Sequence record: PP496443.1
Length of the DNA: 64,000 bases
Strand: one strand, 5' to 3'
Position numbers and translations under genes: made by a program. Under the pieces are notes generated by a model. The model was given only the letters and a program-made list of their open reading frames with translations, was not told the DNA's origin and ran no database searches. Below are positions 9,877 through 18,715 of the stretch, piece after piece; within the stretch, counting starts at the first letter, position 1, and each line of letters begins with the position of its first letter.

Positions 9877-10035
9877 ATGGGTATCAGTACCATTGTTCTT
9901 ATCGTGTTGATCATCCTGCTAGTCTGCGGCTTGCCCGTGTTCCCGTACTCCACAGGTTGGGGCTACGGTCCATCTGGGCTGATCACGGTGATCGTCGTGA
10001 TCCTGCTGATCCTCGTCTTGACCGGACGACTGTGA
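9877..10035 (+). CDS. DUF3309-family small membrane protein (52 aa, absent from ORF track)
   Basis: GAGGT SD; translation MGISTIVLIVLIILLVCGLPVFPYSTGWGYGPSGLITVIVVILLILVLTGRL carries the LP.xPYS.GWGYGPSG signature. Confidence 0.8.
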   Translation: MGISTIVLIVLIILLVCGLPVFPYSTGWGYGPSGLITVIVVILLILVLTGRL

Positions 10036-10039
10036 CAAC

Positions 10040-10076
10040 CGCCCGCTCTGGCAATCGCTGGGGCGGGCTTTTTCGT
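10040..10076 (+). terminator. Intrinsic terminator closing the head module
   Basis: GCCCGC...GCGGGC stem followed by TTTTTCGTTT. Confidence 0.7.
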
Positions 10077-10108
10077 TTCCGCCGACGGGAAACAGGCCTA
10101 ATTAAAAA

Positions 10109-10154
10109 TAGTTGCACGGGCTGTTTTGGGTGTGCTATAATAGCACCATGGCAC
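10109..10154 (+). promoter_or_regulatory. Sigma70-type promoter P1 with palindrome over -10
   Basis: AT-rich upstream tract; TTGCAC-18-TATAAT with TGn extension; GTGCTAT-A-ATAGCAC perfect inverted repeat. Confidence 0.8.
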
Positions 10155-10168
10155 TATTCAAGCGCCGC

Positions 10169-10185
10169 CCACTGTCCCAATGAGG
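10169..10185 (+). promoter_or_regulatory. Conserved leader/SD motif CCACTGTCCCAATGAGG
   Basis: Near-identical copies at 12168, 30356, 30800, 47594 and 52491, each 6-9 nt before a start codon. Confidence 0.7.
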
Positions 10186-10194
10186 AAAGCAACC

Positions 10195-11922
10195 ATGACC
10201 AGATTGACCCTAGCAACCGTTAACGCCGAGATCGCAAAGTCCGGTGGCAAAGAAACTCTGGTCAAGGGTAAAGGCTACTTCTACTGGGTCGGTGGCCGTG
10301 CCGATGCCGATCCTCAAATCTGGACTTCCATTTACGTTGCTGCGCTGAATCAGATGTCGATGGCCCAGTGGCTGGAAGACTGGAAGCGCAATGACGACCA
10401 ATACAACAAACCTACTCCCGACAAGGAAACCCGCAAAATGGCTATCAGACACGTTCAGACCCTCGCAGCTCCTGCTCGTCCAAAACCGCCTACCGGTGCA
10501 AAAGCAGGTGGCGGCAAGTCAATCGAAGAGAGAATCGAATGGAATGAAGGTAGGATCAAGGAGGCTACTGCGGAACTGAAAGCCACCAAAGATCCGAAAG
10601 CTATTGACAAGATCAAAAAGCAGATTGATATCTACAAGGGTAACATCGCCGGTTTCAAGAAAAGGATGAACCCGGAAAAGAAACCAGCACCGGCCAAAGG
10701 TCCTAGCGGTGCTGCTGCCAAGAAGCGTACCACTGCTGCCCCTGCACAGGAGACTGCTTCCCCGGCTACCGACTTCGCCAAGTCGTTGAAGAAGGGCGTT
10801 CGTGTACTGGTCAATCTCGGCAACGCCAAAGAGCCGTCCTACTTCCTCGGCGCCATCACCAAGAACAACGCCAGCAAAGGTTCGGTCAATGTGCTGTTCG
10901 ACGACGGCGACGTTGCAGAAGTCCGTGCGATCAAATCCAAGGTCGGTATCGTGGGCATCGCCATCGATAAGGTACGCAAGTCGGAAGTTCCTGCTGACCA
11001 GATCGACAAGTGGCTGGCCGGTGCAGCTACAACGACTAAGACCCCTGCCAGCCCGAAAGCGGCGGGAGAGTGGACTGTCAAGTCTATTGTGGCGTGGCTG
11101 GAAAGTGCAGGCTATACCAAACCAGAACCAACTCGGCTTCCTACCCGGTTCGAAAGGAAGCTCCCGTCTGGTGCTGTGATTCAAGCAGATGTAAATATGA
11201 AAAAGACCGTGGCCCTAACCGCCATGGGTAAAGAAGGGTATGTACATTACACAGTTGACTCCTTCGCCAAGCTCAAGAACGCAGACTCTTCGCTTGCCAA
11301 GTCGGCTGTTGTCGGCACCAAGGTAGGGAACGCATTGATCCCGCCGAAAAAGTCGGGTTCACCTAAACCGTTCAGCCCAGCGGAAGCCCGGAAGGTCATC
11401 GGTGCTATCCCCGGCTGGAAGGCATCCAACGTGAAGAACAAAGCGTCAGCCACGTTCACCAAAGATTACCCGAACGGTGTCACCGCCACTGCTTATGTCT
11501 TCCCACAATACGTGTCGTTCGAATACCCGCAAGGTGAGAATGATCACATCAGCGACTTGTCCAAGATCGCAGCTTACATCAAGCAGATCGACGATGATCA
11601 AGCAGTAACACCCGACCAAGGAAAAGCACTGGATGCTCTGGCCAAAGCGTTGAAGGGTTGGCCGAACAAGGTCCTCCCACGGGATGCTGACGAAGACAAC
11701 TTCCTGCTGCGTGGGTTTGAAGATGTTCCAGAAGGTGTAGAGGATATAGAAGCATATGCAATCTCGGTGTTCAAGAAACTGAAAAGTGTTGACAACTTCA
11801 AGAAGAGCAAGATGTACCACGGCGACAACACATACTCCTTCTCGGCTGGCGGCACCGTGGGCTACGTGTACTTCGATGAAGATGGCGTCGGCATGGTCCG
11901 GGCAACACCGTTCGAAGAGTAA
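10195..11922 (+). CDS. Lys-rich multidomain early protein with a Tudor/SH3-like module
   Basis: Start moved to ATG 10195 after GAGG; VLVNLG..SYFLGAI..VNVLFDDGD resembles the repeats in the 7027 gene. Confidence 0.65.
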   Translation: MTRLTLATVNAEIAKSGGKETLVKGKGYFYWVGGRADADPQIWTSIYVAALNQMSMAQWLEDWKRNDDQYNKPTPDKETRKMAIRHVQTLAAPARPKPPTGAKAGGGKSIEERIEWNEGRIKEATAELKATKDPKAIDKIKKQIDIYKGNIAGFKKRMNPEKKPAPAKGPSGAAAKKRTTAAPAQETASPATDFAKSLKKGVRVLVNLGNAKEPSYFLGAITKNNASKGSVNVLFDDGDVAEVRAIKSKVGIVGIAIDKVRKSEVPADQIDKWLAGAATTTKTPASPKAAGEWTVKSIVAWLESAGYTKPEPTRLPTRFERKLPSGAVIQADVNMKKTVALTAMGKEGYVHYTVDSFAKLKNADSSLAKSAVVGTKVGNALIPPKKSGSPKPFSPAEARKVIGAIPGWKASNVKNKASATFTKDYPNGVTATAYVFPQYVSFEYPQGENDHISDLSKIAAYIKQIDDDQAVTPDQGKALDALAKALKGWPNKVLPRDADEDNFLLRGFEDVPEGVEDIEAYAISVFKKLKSVDNFKKSKMYHGDNTYSFSAGGTVGYVYFDEDGVGMVRATPFEE

Positions 11923-11933
11923 GCGGTAAATGA

Positions 11934-12064
11934 TCCATGTATCGGAGGTACCGGGGCTAGATTCATAGCTGGTTCCGGGAGTCACCCTAAGAGGTGTAGG
12001 GTCAAAGGGTTTCACCCTCTTAGGTTTCGTCCGCGCTTTCCTTATCGATTGCGCGGACTTTTTT
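11934..12064 (+). ncRNA. Candidate small structured RNA
   Basis: Follows a CGGTAAATGA motif; hairpins GGCTA/TAGCT, CCTAAGAGG/CCTCTTAGG (9 bp) and GTCCGCGC/GCGCGGAC plus T-tract; only a 7-codon ORF inside. Confidence 0.35.
12029..12064 (+). terminator. Intrinsic terminator
   Basis: GTCCGCGC/GCGCGGAC 8-bp stem plus TTTTTT. Confidence 0.75.
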
Positions 12065-12090
12065 ATCTTCAAAATATATTCGAAAATAAG

Positions 12091-12120
12091 TTGTACACAA
12101 TGATGCCCACGTGCTATACT
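12091..12120 (+). promoter_or_regulatory. Sigma70-type promoter P4
   Basis: AT-rich UP-like tract; TTGTAC-18-TATACT with TGn extension. Confidence 0.7.
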
Positions 12121-12191
12121 GGAATCACGGGGGCGTGATGCCCCACCAATACTGGCCCGAACGGCCGCCACTGTCCCGAGAGGAATACACC

Positions 12192-12509
12192 ATGCCAGCC
12201 ATGAAGCCAAAGACTACCCCAAGCGAACGCGACATCCAGATTGCGATCAGCCAACTGGAAAATTTGAAGCTGGTAGCGATGGGTGAGATGGATCCGGTAT
12301 ATCGCGATGATCTGCAGTCGTGGCTGGCCGACTGGTATCCAGACTTTTCGTGGAACCCTAACCAGTCAAGCGTTCAGATTCAAGCGATGGTTAACCTTCC
12401 AGAGTTCGCTGACGTCGAATTAAATCTTAACCGTCGGTATGATGTGGACTTCTACAAAGAGTTGGCTGACGGCGTAGCAGAGTCCTGTGACTATCCACTC
12501 TCGCGTTGA
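12192..12509 (+). CDS. Hypothetical early protein
   Basis: Start moved to ATG 12192 after the CCACTGTCCCGAGAGG leader. Confidence 0.65.
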   Translation: MPAMKPKTTPSERDIQIAISQLENLKLVAMGEMDPVYRDDLQSWLADWYPDFSWNPNQSSVQIQAMVNLPEFADVELNLNRRYDVDFYKELADGVAESCDYPLSR

Positions 12510-12552
12510 CTCCCCGTTGTCCAATCAACCCTATCCCAAAGAGGAATGCACC

Positions 12553-13026
12553 ATGACTTTCAAGTTCGCTCCAGAGTTCGACGTTGCCAGCCGCACTTAC
12601 CGTATCGAGTCTGACTTCGCTACCAAGGTGTTGACGTTCATTGAAACACTGTGGGGCCTGCCGGGCGCTGGTGGTACACCGATCATGGAACGCACCATCC
12701 AGATGTCCATGCAGAAGACCGAAAGCCACGAGATTCGTGTTACCAACTACTTCCAAGACAGCACGCCGCTAAAGACTGTCGTGGCCGTCCGTGCTTTCAT
12801 GGACATGCGAGATGCGCCTAGCGCCGTGACCAATCACGTGTTCGTAGACGGGTTTGTCCCGAGCGAATCGTGGGGCTCAGACATCATGATGACCTTCAAC
12901 TCGATAATCATGGACGCCAACAAGTGGATGCGGGTAGCCGCTGAGATTGGTGTGGATCAGAGCATCCACTTGAATGAACTCCAGATGGACATGCAGGACA
13001 AGATGAACAAGGCCACTGGGCTCTGA
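12553..13026 (+). CDS. Hypothetical protein
   Basis: Start moved to ATG 12553 after GAGGA. Confidence 0.65.
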   Translation: MTFKFAPEFDVASRTYRIESDFATKVLTFIETLWGLPGAGGTPIMERTIQMSMQKTESHEIRVTNYFQDSTPLKTVVAVRAFMDMRDAPSAVTNHVFVDGFVPSESWGSDIMMTFNSIIMDANKWMRVAAEIGVDQSIHLNELQMDMQDKMNKATGL

Positions 13027-13035
13027 TCCACAACC

Positions 13036-13051
13036 GGGACCGCAAGGTCCC
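13036..13051 (+). other. GCAA-tetraloop hairpin, copy 2
   Basis: GGGACC-GCAA-GGTCCC, intergenic. Confidence 0.7.
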
Positions 13052-13085
13052 ACCCCAACCTAATATCCCAAAGAGGAACGCAACA

Positions 13086-13574
13086 ATGAACAAGCACAAT
13101 CTCGCAACTGGCTCCCTGATCCTTCTCGTCACCGGCTTTCTGATGGCAGGTGTTGTAACTCAAGCAAGCGCCGCAATGATCGCTCCCCCGGTCCTCCAGA
13201 CGAATGGTAATGGTCCGGCACCGTCCGCCAACTTCCTCCGCAACGAAGAGATGTTCTGCAAGAAGCTGGGCCGAGTGTCGTATACCGCCGCTCAGATGCG
13301 TGAAGCTGAAGCCACACAGGAAGAGACCACGGCTGCGGTAAGCATGATGACCGCCACGCTGCGTCCAGACACCCGTGAGATGATGATGTACTCCGTTGTC
13401 AACGCGGTGTACGAAGATGCTGCAAAGCTCACGCCAGAAGAGATATCGTTGAATTTGTTCTCTAATTGTATGGGACGCGTTGATCCCGCAACCACGTACA
13501 CTCAGAACGGACGCCCACCGGCACAGCAAGCGCCGACAGAGGTTTCCACTACGCCCAGACCCATCACCCATTAA
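13086..13574 (+). CDS. Secreted/periplasmic hypothetical protein
   Basis: GAGGA SD; hydrophobic N-terminus ending ASA; two Cys. Confidence 0.65.
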   Translation: MNKHNLATGSLILLVTGFLMAGVVTQASAAMIAPPVLQTNGNGPAPSANFLRNEEMFCKKLGRVSYTAAQMREAEATQEETTAAVSMMTATLRPDTREMMMYSVVNAVYEDAAKLTPEEISLNLFSNCMGRVDPATTYTQNGRPPAQQAPTEVSTTPRPITH

Positions 13575-13603
13575 CTCACGCTGACCGCGTAAGGTAGACT
13601 ACC

Positions 13604-13912
13604 GTGAAAGACAAAATCGCCCTCGTAATTTTTGCTGTGTATCTTATGTTCGTGCCCATCGCACAGGCAGCAGACACCAACGTTATCGGCACCGAATACG
13701 AAACGTGGGAGAAAGGCGTAGCCGCTTGCCTACGTACCCAGGTGGTTGGTGGGTACGGATGTGACAACGGCGATGGCGTCAAGCTGTTCTCCCAGTACGT
13801 GCAAGCGATCTTGGATAGTAACGGTAGGGAATCCTACAAGAGTCGAGTGGTCGCACTCGACTACCGAGGTGATGGCGCGATCATCATTCATTACGTGTTC
13901 ACCCGCAAGTAA
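13604..13912 (+). CDS. Secreted two-Cys protein, paralogue of 17782-18138
   Basis: AAGGT SD, GTG start; signal peptide ending AQA; G.EYE..GV..C...G.GC and VVALDYRGDG..IHYVF shared with the 17782 gene. Confidence 0.65.
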   Translation: MKDKIALVIFAVYLMFVPIAQAADTNVIGTEYETWEKGVAACLRTQVVGGYGCDNGDGVKLFSQYVQAILDSNGRESYKSRVVALDYRGDGAIIIHYVFTRK

Positions 13913-13916
13913 CGTC

Positions 13917-13952
13917 AAGCCCGCCCGGATAGCCCCGAGGTGGGCTTTTTCG
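13917..13952 (+). terminator. Intrinsic terminator
   Basis: AAGCCCGCC/GGTGGGCTT stem plus T-tract; near copy at 28226. Confidence 0.75.
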
Positions 13953-13994
13953 TTTCCGGCGCACCATCGATGCTGGGATATCGGCATCGCACCG

Positions 13995-14013
13995 CCTGCG
14001 TGATCCTACGCGG
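13995..14013. repeat. 19-nt repeat CCTGCGTGATCCTACGCGG, copy 1
   Basis: Exact second copy at 54629-54647; folds as a GCGT/ACGC hairpin. Confidence 0.85.
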
Positions 14014-14180
14014 TCGGGTACACTGCCAGTCGGGCACTGATCAACGTGGCTAAGGGCTAATTTAATCGGTAAATGATTGACAGTCCCACCAAGAACCATC
14101 CTACCTAAATGCATCTTGCAGGTAAGCACCGCCATTAATTCAAGGGGTCTGCGGCCCCACCGTTTCGGAGCACAAACAGA

Positions 14181-15359
14181 ATGACGAAGAAGATTGGTAC
14201 AGCACTGGCCGCACTGGTGTGCATGTTGACACTACAAGGTCAGGCCCATGCCGACTACGACACCAAGGCTTGCAACGTGTCGTTCACGGAAGAGCAGGAA
14301 CGAATACTGGGGACTGCCCATCAGGTAGGTTCCCCGGTCAACTTCGGAGTGACTCTCCAAGCCATTGCATGGAAAGAGTCCTTTGTCGGGGACAAGGTAG
14401 TTCGCGCTAACCCAACCGACGGGCGTTACGGTTCTTACGGCATCACCCACGTGCAGCTCTCGACGGGCGCATGGATGCTGGACCAGAAGCCCACCAAACC
14501 ATTCCGAACAGGTCTCCGCAACGATCTAGTAACAGACGACAGCTATGCGCTTCAGTTCGCCGCTGCCTACCTGGTGCACACGGAAACCATCGCCAAGAAG
14601 ATCACCCGTGATGGTAACCGCCAGTGGCGTGTCACAGTAGCGTCTTATAACGGTTCAGGTGCTCAAGCGCGCCGCTACGTTGAAGACGTTGCTGACAAAG
14701 TATCCTACCTTAAATCCTGTGGGTTGACCAAGACCATGAAAAGAATCAGTGCCCCGTTGGTTGCTTCAGACAGCACCGCCAAGAAATCTGCCAAGCAAAA
14801 GCTGAAGGATAGGCTGGCGGAAAAGCGGGTGGCTACGGCAGTCGCCGAGACCAAATCCAAGCGGCCCAACACCAAGTCTCGCAAAGTGGCGGATGAGCCA
14901 GTCAAGGTTACGCGTGCCCGTGACGTACTGGCCGACGCCGGTGCACTCCCGCGCAAGTCTCCGAAGTCAGTCCTTCGCAATGCGGACCCGCTGACCAAAG
15001 AGTACATCCAGAAGAAGACGATGGACATCTACACCCGTGCACTCAAGCATGCCAAAGGTGATCCTACCGTAATCGCTTGGGCCAAGGGGCTGGCGGTCAA
15101 GCATATCAAAGACCCACTGGATCAACAGTTCATGTTCTCCGTGCACACATTGGCGGCGTGCTGCGTTGCCAATGGGCAGAAGAAGTTCCAAACCGATCTG
15201 GACTTCCTCAACTTGATGCTGGCAACCTATCTGAACCCGAGTGTGGCACTGGTGTTCAAGAACGGCAAGTTCGACTCCGCGCTGATCAGTAAGCAAGAGG
15301 CATCCGAGCGCATGCACAACGAAGACGGCATCAGCGTCATCTATAGCGTTATCGTATAA
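14181..15359 (+). CDS. Lytic transglycosylase (SLT-like) with signal peptide and C-terminal extension
   Basis: Signal peptide ending AHA; AIAWKES (catalytic Glu), SYGITHV and ASYNG motifs. Confidence 0.8.
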   Translation: MTKKIGTALAALVCMLTLQGQAHADYDTKACNVSFTEEQERILGTAHQVGSPVNFGVTLQAIAWKESFVGDKVVRANPTDGRYGSYGITHVQLSTGAWMLDQKPTKPFRTGLRNDLVTDDSYALQFAAAYLVHTETIAKKITRDGNRQWRVTVASYNGSGAQARRYVEDVADKVSYLKSCGLTKTMKRISAPLVASDSTAKKSAKQKLKDRLAEKRVATAVAETKSKRPNTKSRKVADEPVKVTRARDVLADAGALPRKSPKSVLRNADPLTKEYIQKKTMDIYTRALKHAKGDPTVIAWAKGLAVKHIKDPLDQQFMFSVHTLAACCVANGQKKFQTDLDFLNLMLATYLNPSVALVFKNGKFDSALISKQEASERMHNEDGISVIYSVIV

Positions 15360-15369
15360 GGAGAGCATC

Positions 15370-15540
15370 ATGGCAAGTTCCAATAAGAAAGACAAGTACC
15401 AAGACATTGACGTGGAACTTGCCATTCTCACCACGGTCAAGACGGTAACGACGGGGAAGCAGCTGACGGACAAAGTGCGAGAGGCGTTCCCCGACCTTTC
15501 TGCCGAACAACTCAAGCGCTGCCTGAACAGATTCTGCTGA
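15370..15540 (+). CDS. Small hypothetical protein (56 aa, not in ORF track)
   Basis: AAGGAG SD; fills the gap between genes. Confidence 0.55.
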   Translation: MASSNKKDKYQDIDVELAILTTVKTVTTGKQLTDKVREAFPDLSAEQLKRCLNRFC

Positions 15541-15567
15541 GCCTACCCTAATCCGAGATACCCTACC

Positions 15568-16548
15568 ATGAAATACATCATCTTCGACGTGACGGTGAGC
15601 AAAGGGGTGAAGAAGAAGGTTCCTGTTATCTTCGATGAGTTCCTTGTGCACGCGGATGTCGCCCGTAAGCTTCAAGACGTATCCAAGCCGCTGAAGCTGC
15701 GCCCGGCCACGGCAGGCTTTATCGACTTCGATGTCAAGCAGACGTACGGGAAGTCTACGTCATTGGGTATCGGTATCGGCATTGATGATTGCGAGATCAT
15801 CGAGCGTATGTATCTCACCAAGGGATATCAGAGCCCGGAAATGGATGATTTGATATCCAGTCTGGTCAGCAAAGCGGAAGCGGTCGCCAGTAAGATGGTA
15901 GGTAAGGTAGCCAACGACAACGGCCCGTTGATTTGCCCGGTGTGCACGCGCCCAGACAATCGTCCGCATGAAGGTTGGCACACTATCTACAACTGCCACT
16001 TCGACTGCATCGAAGGTTATGAAGCACTGGCGGAAGGCCAACCGCTCGCGCCACCAGCCAGTGTACCCAATCTCATGGCTGCCGCACGGCAAGCTCTTGA
16101 CCAGTCCCGTGCGGCGAAGCAAGAGCCTACGCTGGCCCATGCGTTCACCCATACCTGCCAACTACCCAGCGTGGTGCCGAACGTCCAGATGGACACACGC
16201 ACCGCCAAGCCGCTGCTATTCACATGCCAGCGAGCCGTCCAGGCGCTCATTGCAGCGCGTCCGGCCAGCCCCCTATTCAAACGGGCGCACTGGCACTCCA
16301 AACAAGCCCTGATGGCTTCACAGCGCTTCACACAAGCATACCTGTTCCATGCGTACCAGCTCGCGGCGATGTCGGCGTGGGAGGATAACGCGGAGAAGAT
16401 CGAGTGCATGACCTTGATCAACTTGGTGCAGACCATGGACCCGCACAATGAATTACGTGACAAGGTTTTCACGGTAAATACTCAACATGGAACAGTGACT
16501 ACTCACTCTCTATCCCAAGCTAAATCCTTTGCTAGCAGGCAGGTTTAA
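15568..16548 (+). CDS. Hypothetical multidomain protein with a CxxC segment
   Basis: Long ORF in operon; phage-typical N-terminus MKYIIF..PVIF..H. Confidence 0.6.
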   Translation: MKYIIFDVTVSKGVKKKVPVIFDEFLVHADVARKLQDVSKPLKLRPATAGFIDFDVKQTYGKSTSLGIGIGIDDCEIIERMYLTKGYQSPEMDDLISSLVSKAEAVASKMVGKVANDNGPLICPVCTRPDNRPHEGWHTIYNCHFDCIEGYEALAEGQPLAPPASVPNLMAAARQALDQSRAAKQEPTLAHAFTHTCQLPSVVPNVQMDTRTAKPLLFTCQRAVQALIAARPASPLFKRAHWHSKQALMASQRFTQAYLFHAYQLAAMSAWEDNAEKIECMTLINLVQTMDPHNELRDKVFTVNTQHGTVTTHSLSQAKSFASRQV

Positions 16549-16549
16549 A

Positions 16550-17752
16550 ATGACCACCAAGACAATGCTGTTGAACAACGTCACCGCCATCGATGTAGGC
16601 TTCCTGACCGCCCAAGGCGTGTTCGGGGCCAGCGTACGCCCTTCGTTCCTTATCACCGGCGAGGTGTCCGAGGACGAACAGGTGGTTGTGGATTTCTCCA
16701 CGATCAAGAAGTCCATCAAGGAACTGATCGACCACAAAGAGCTGGGCATCGATCACAAGACCATCGTCATCGGTCCAGCGTTTCCAAAACCTGAAGATGA
16801 CGATAACTTCACCGTCACTATGGGCGGTCCTGTGGGCGGTTCCGTTCGCATGACTGCCCCGGAAGACGCTTTCGTGCTCTTGTCCGAACGTTGCCCCAAC
16901 GCACTCAGCGAAGACTGGAACACCAAAGGTAAGCTGCTGTCCGATTGCGTTGTAGTAGATCGTCACGGCGGGCTGGTATCCCCAGAGCGCTTCGTCATTC
17001 CGTTGGTGCAAGAACTGCTGAGCCGCGAACTGCCAAAGCTCTTCCCCACGTTGACCGACATCAAGGTGTTCTACAGCAAAGACGTCACAGCGCCGTTGCA
17101 ACCTAGCCACATCCGTGTGGGCGCCATGTTCAGGGGTGCAGACCATGATCCGATGATGGACACGCTGGTGGAAGACAACATCCGCCTCACCTATTCCCAC
17201 GGCTTGCCCCGTTCCACCAGCTGGGGTTGCCAGAACATCCTGCACGGTCACGTCAGCGTCGTGACACTGGCTATGCCTCATTCCCGAGCGGACCACACCC
17301 AGGCTATCCTGCTGGAAATTCGCCACGATCTGGCGGGCAAGTACCTGGTGGCCGAACGCGACGTACTCCCGGCGGATGATGAACCGTCTGTACTGGACGA
17401 CGAAGATGCCGTATTGGAAGGCACCGACGAAGATCAGGACGCTAACTCCGACGATCTGATGGACGCACATACCATGTCTGAAGACGATGCGCCGGACGAA
17501 GTTGACGACGTAGCTATCCAAGGTACGAACATCGGGTTCGAGTCCATGTCTCGCGGCTCGTTCAGCCTGTTCCTGCCACACGGCAGCACCCAGATCAAAG
17601 TGATGCCGACGGACACCACCGTTGAAAACATCGCCCAGTACATCTGGGACACTCACGTCCAGCCCGCCATCGAAGCCTACGAACTGACCGACGTATCCAT
17701 GTACGTCTCGGAAGGCTTGGACAAAGGCGCATTCATCCGTCAGCAGGTATGA
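16550..17752 (+). CDS. queD: Tandem-domain 6-pyruvoyl-tetrahydropterin synthase / QueD-like protein
   Basis: VVDFSTIKK..IDHK in domain 1; YSHGL..GCQNILHGH (His, Cys, HGH), TTVENIAQYI and VSEGLDKGA in domain 2; acidic insertion of about 45 aa. Confidence 0.75.
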   Translation: MTTKTMLLNNVTAIDVGFLTAQGVFGASVRPSFLITGEVSEDEQVVVDFSTIKKSIKELIDHKELGIDHKTIVIGPAFPKPEDDDNFTVTMGGPVGGSVRMTAPEDAFVLLSERCPNALSEDWNTKGKLLSDCVVVDRHGGLVSPERFVIPLVQELLSRELPKLFPTLTDIKVFYSKDVTAPLQPSHIRVGAMFRGADHDPMMDTLVEDNIRLTYSHGLPRSTSWGCQNILHGHVSVVTLAMPHSRADHTQAILLEIRHDLAGKYLVAERDVLPADDEPSVLDDEDAVLEGTDEDQDANSDDLMDAHTMSEDDAPDEVDDVAIQGTNIGFESMSRGSFSLFLPHGSTQIKVMPTDTTVENIAQYIWDTHVQPAIEAYELTDVSMYVSEGLDKGAFIRQQV

Positions 17753-17781
17753 GCATGCTTGCACAACTCCGAGGTAACACC

Positions 17782-18138
17782 ATGATCAAGTTGGCGCTGG
17801 CCCTGCTGATGACAATGGGGGCCATGTACGGCCTTCCGATGGCACAAGCTTCCGAACCGTTACAAGGTAAGTACGAAGGTTATCAGTTCGGTGTTACTCG
17901 GTGCGACGCCCGCAACATGTCTGATCTCGGTCAGGGTTGCATCATGCGTGAGAGCATGTTTGAAGCGCGTGCCTTCAACTGGTCCGACTGGATCGTTCGG
18001 CTGACCCAGAACAGAACGGCTATCGTCACCGACATCCGGTATCAAGACGGTAAGTCTGGCGCTGATCCTTTCATCAACGTCTATTACATCTACGACCCGC
18101 ACGCTCGGTACGATGAGTTGGCACCCAAGAAGGAGTAG
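17782..18138 (+). CDS. Secreted two-Cys protein, paralogue of 13604-13912
   Basis: GAGGT SD before ATG 17782; signal peptide ending AQA. Confidence 0.65.
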   Translation: MIKLALALLMTMGAMYGLPMAQASEPLQGKYEGYQFGVTRCDARNMSDLGQGCIMRESMFEARAFNWSDWIVRLTQNRTAIVTDIRYQDGKSGADPFINVYYIYDPHARYDELAPKKE

Positions 18139-18142
18139 TACC

Positions 18143-18715
18143 ATGATCATCTTTCCGCCGGGACTGGACGTAACCCAACGAGACAGCGCCGAGTGCGCCT
18201 ATAATCGTCTGATGTTGCAGTTGGACTTAATGGAAGACGACAACGATCATACGCTTGAAATGGAGCAGATGCTGGCTGAACACCGTCAGCAATTGGAACT
18301 GTGGATCTGCATGTTCATGGAGAAGATTGCGCTGGGGTTGCACTCCAGCCCGGTGTGGCAAGAGGCCGCAGTGCTGAACATGCAACAGATCCAATCCATC
18401 CTCGACATTATGGTCGTCTTGGTTGGTAGCCTTGATCCAAAGGAAAGGATGGAAGGTGAGTTCCCGGAACGGCGGATAAGATCAGTAGCGTTGGCTCAAT
18501 CCTTCGAGAAACAACGCCGGTACAAGAACTACTTCGTTAGCACGGTAGAAAGTTTCTTTTGCTCATTGTTCCTAGCCGTATACCGATACAACTGGCCTTA
18601 CGTGGGCAAGCTATCTCCCGAAGACGTTCGACTGGAACATCTGCTGGAAGAAGGGAAACGCTACGTACGTGCGTTGGAGATCAATCAAAGTCAGATGAAT
18701 AATGCTCGGGTCTGA
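18143..18715 (+). CDS. Hypothetical protein
   Basis: AAGGAG SD before ATG 18143. Confidence 0.6.
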   Translation: MIIFPPGLDVTQRDSAECAYNRLMLQLDLMEDDNDHTLEMEQMLAEHRQQLELWICMFMEKIALGLHSSPVWQEAAVLNMQQIQSILDIMVVLVGSLDPKERMEGEFPERRIRSVALAQSFEKQRRYKNYFVSTVESFFCSLFLAVYRYNWPYVGKLSPEDVRLEHLLEEGKRYVRALEINQSQMNNARV

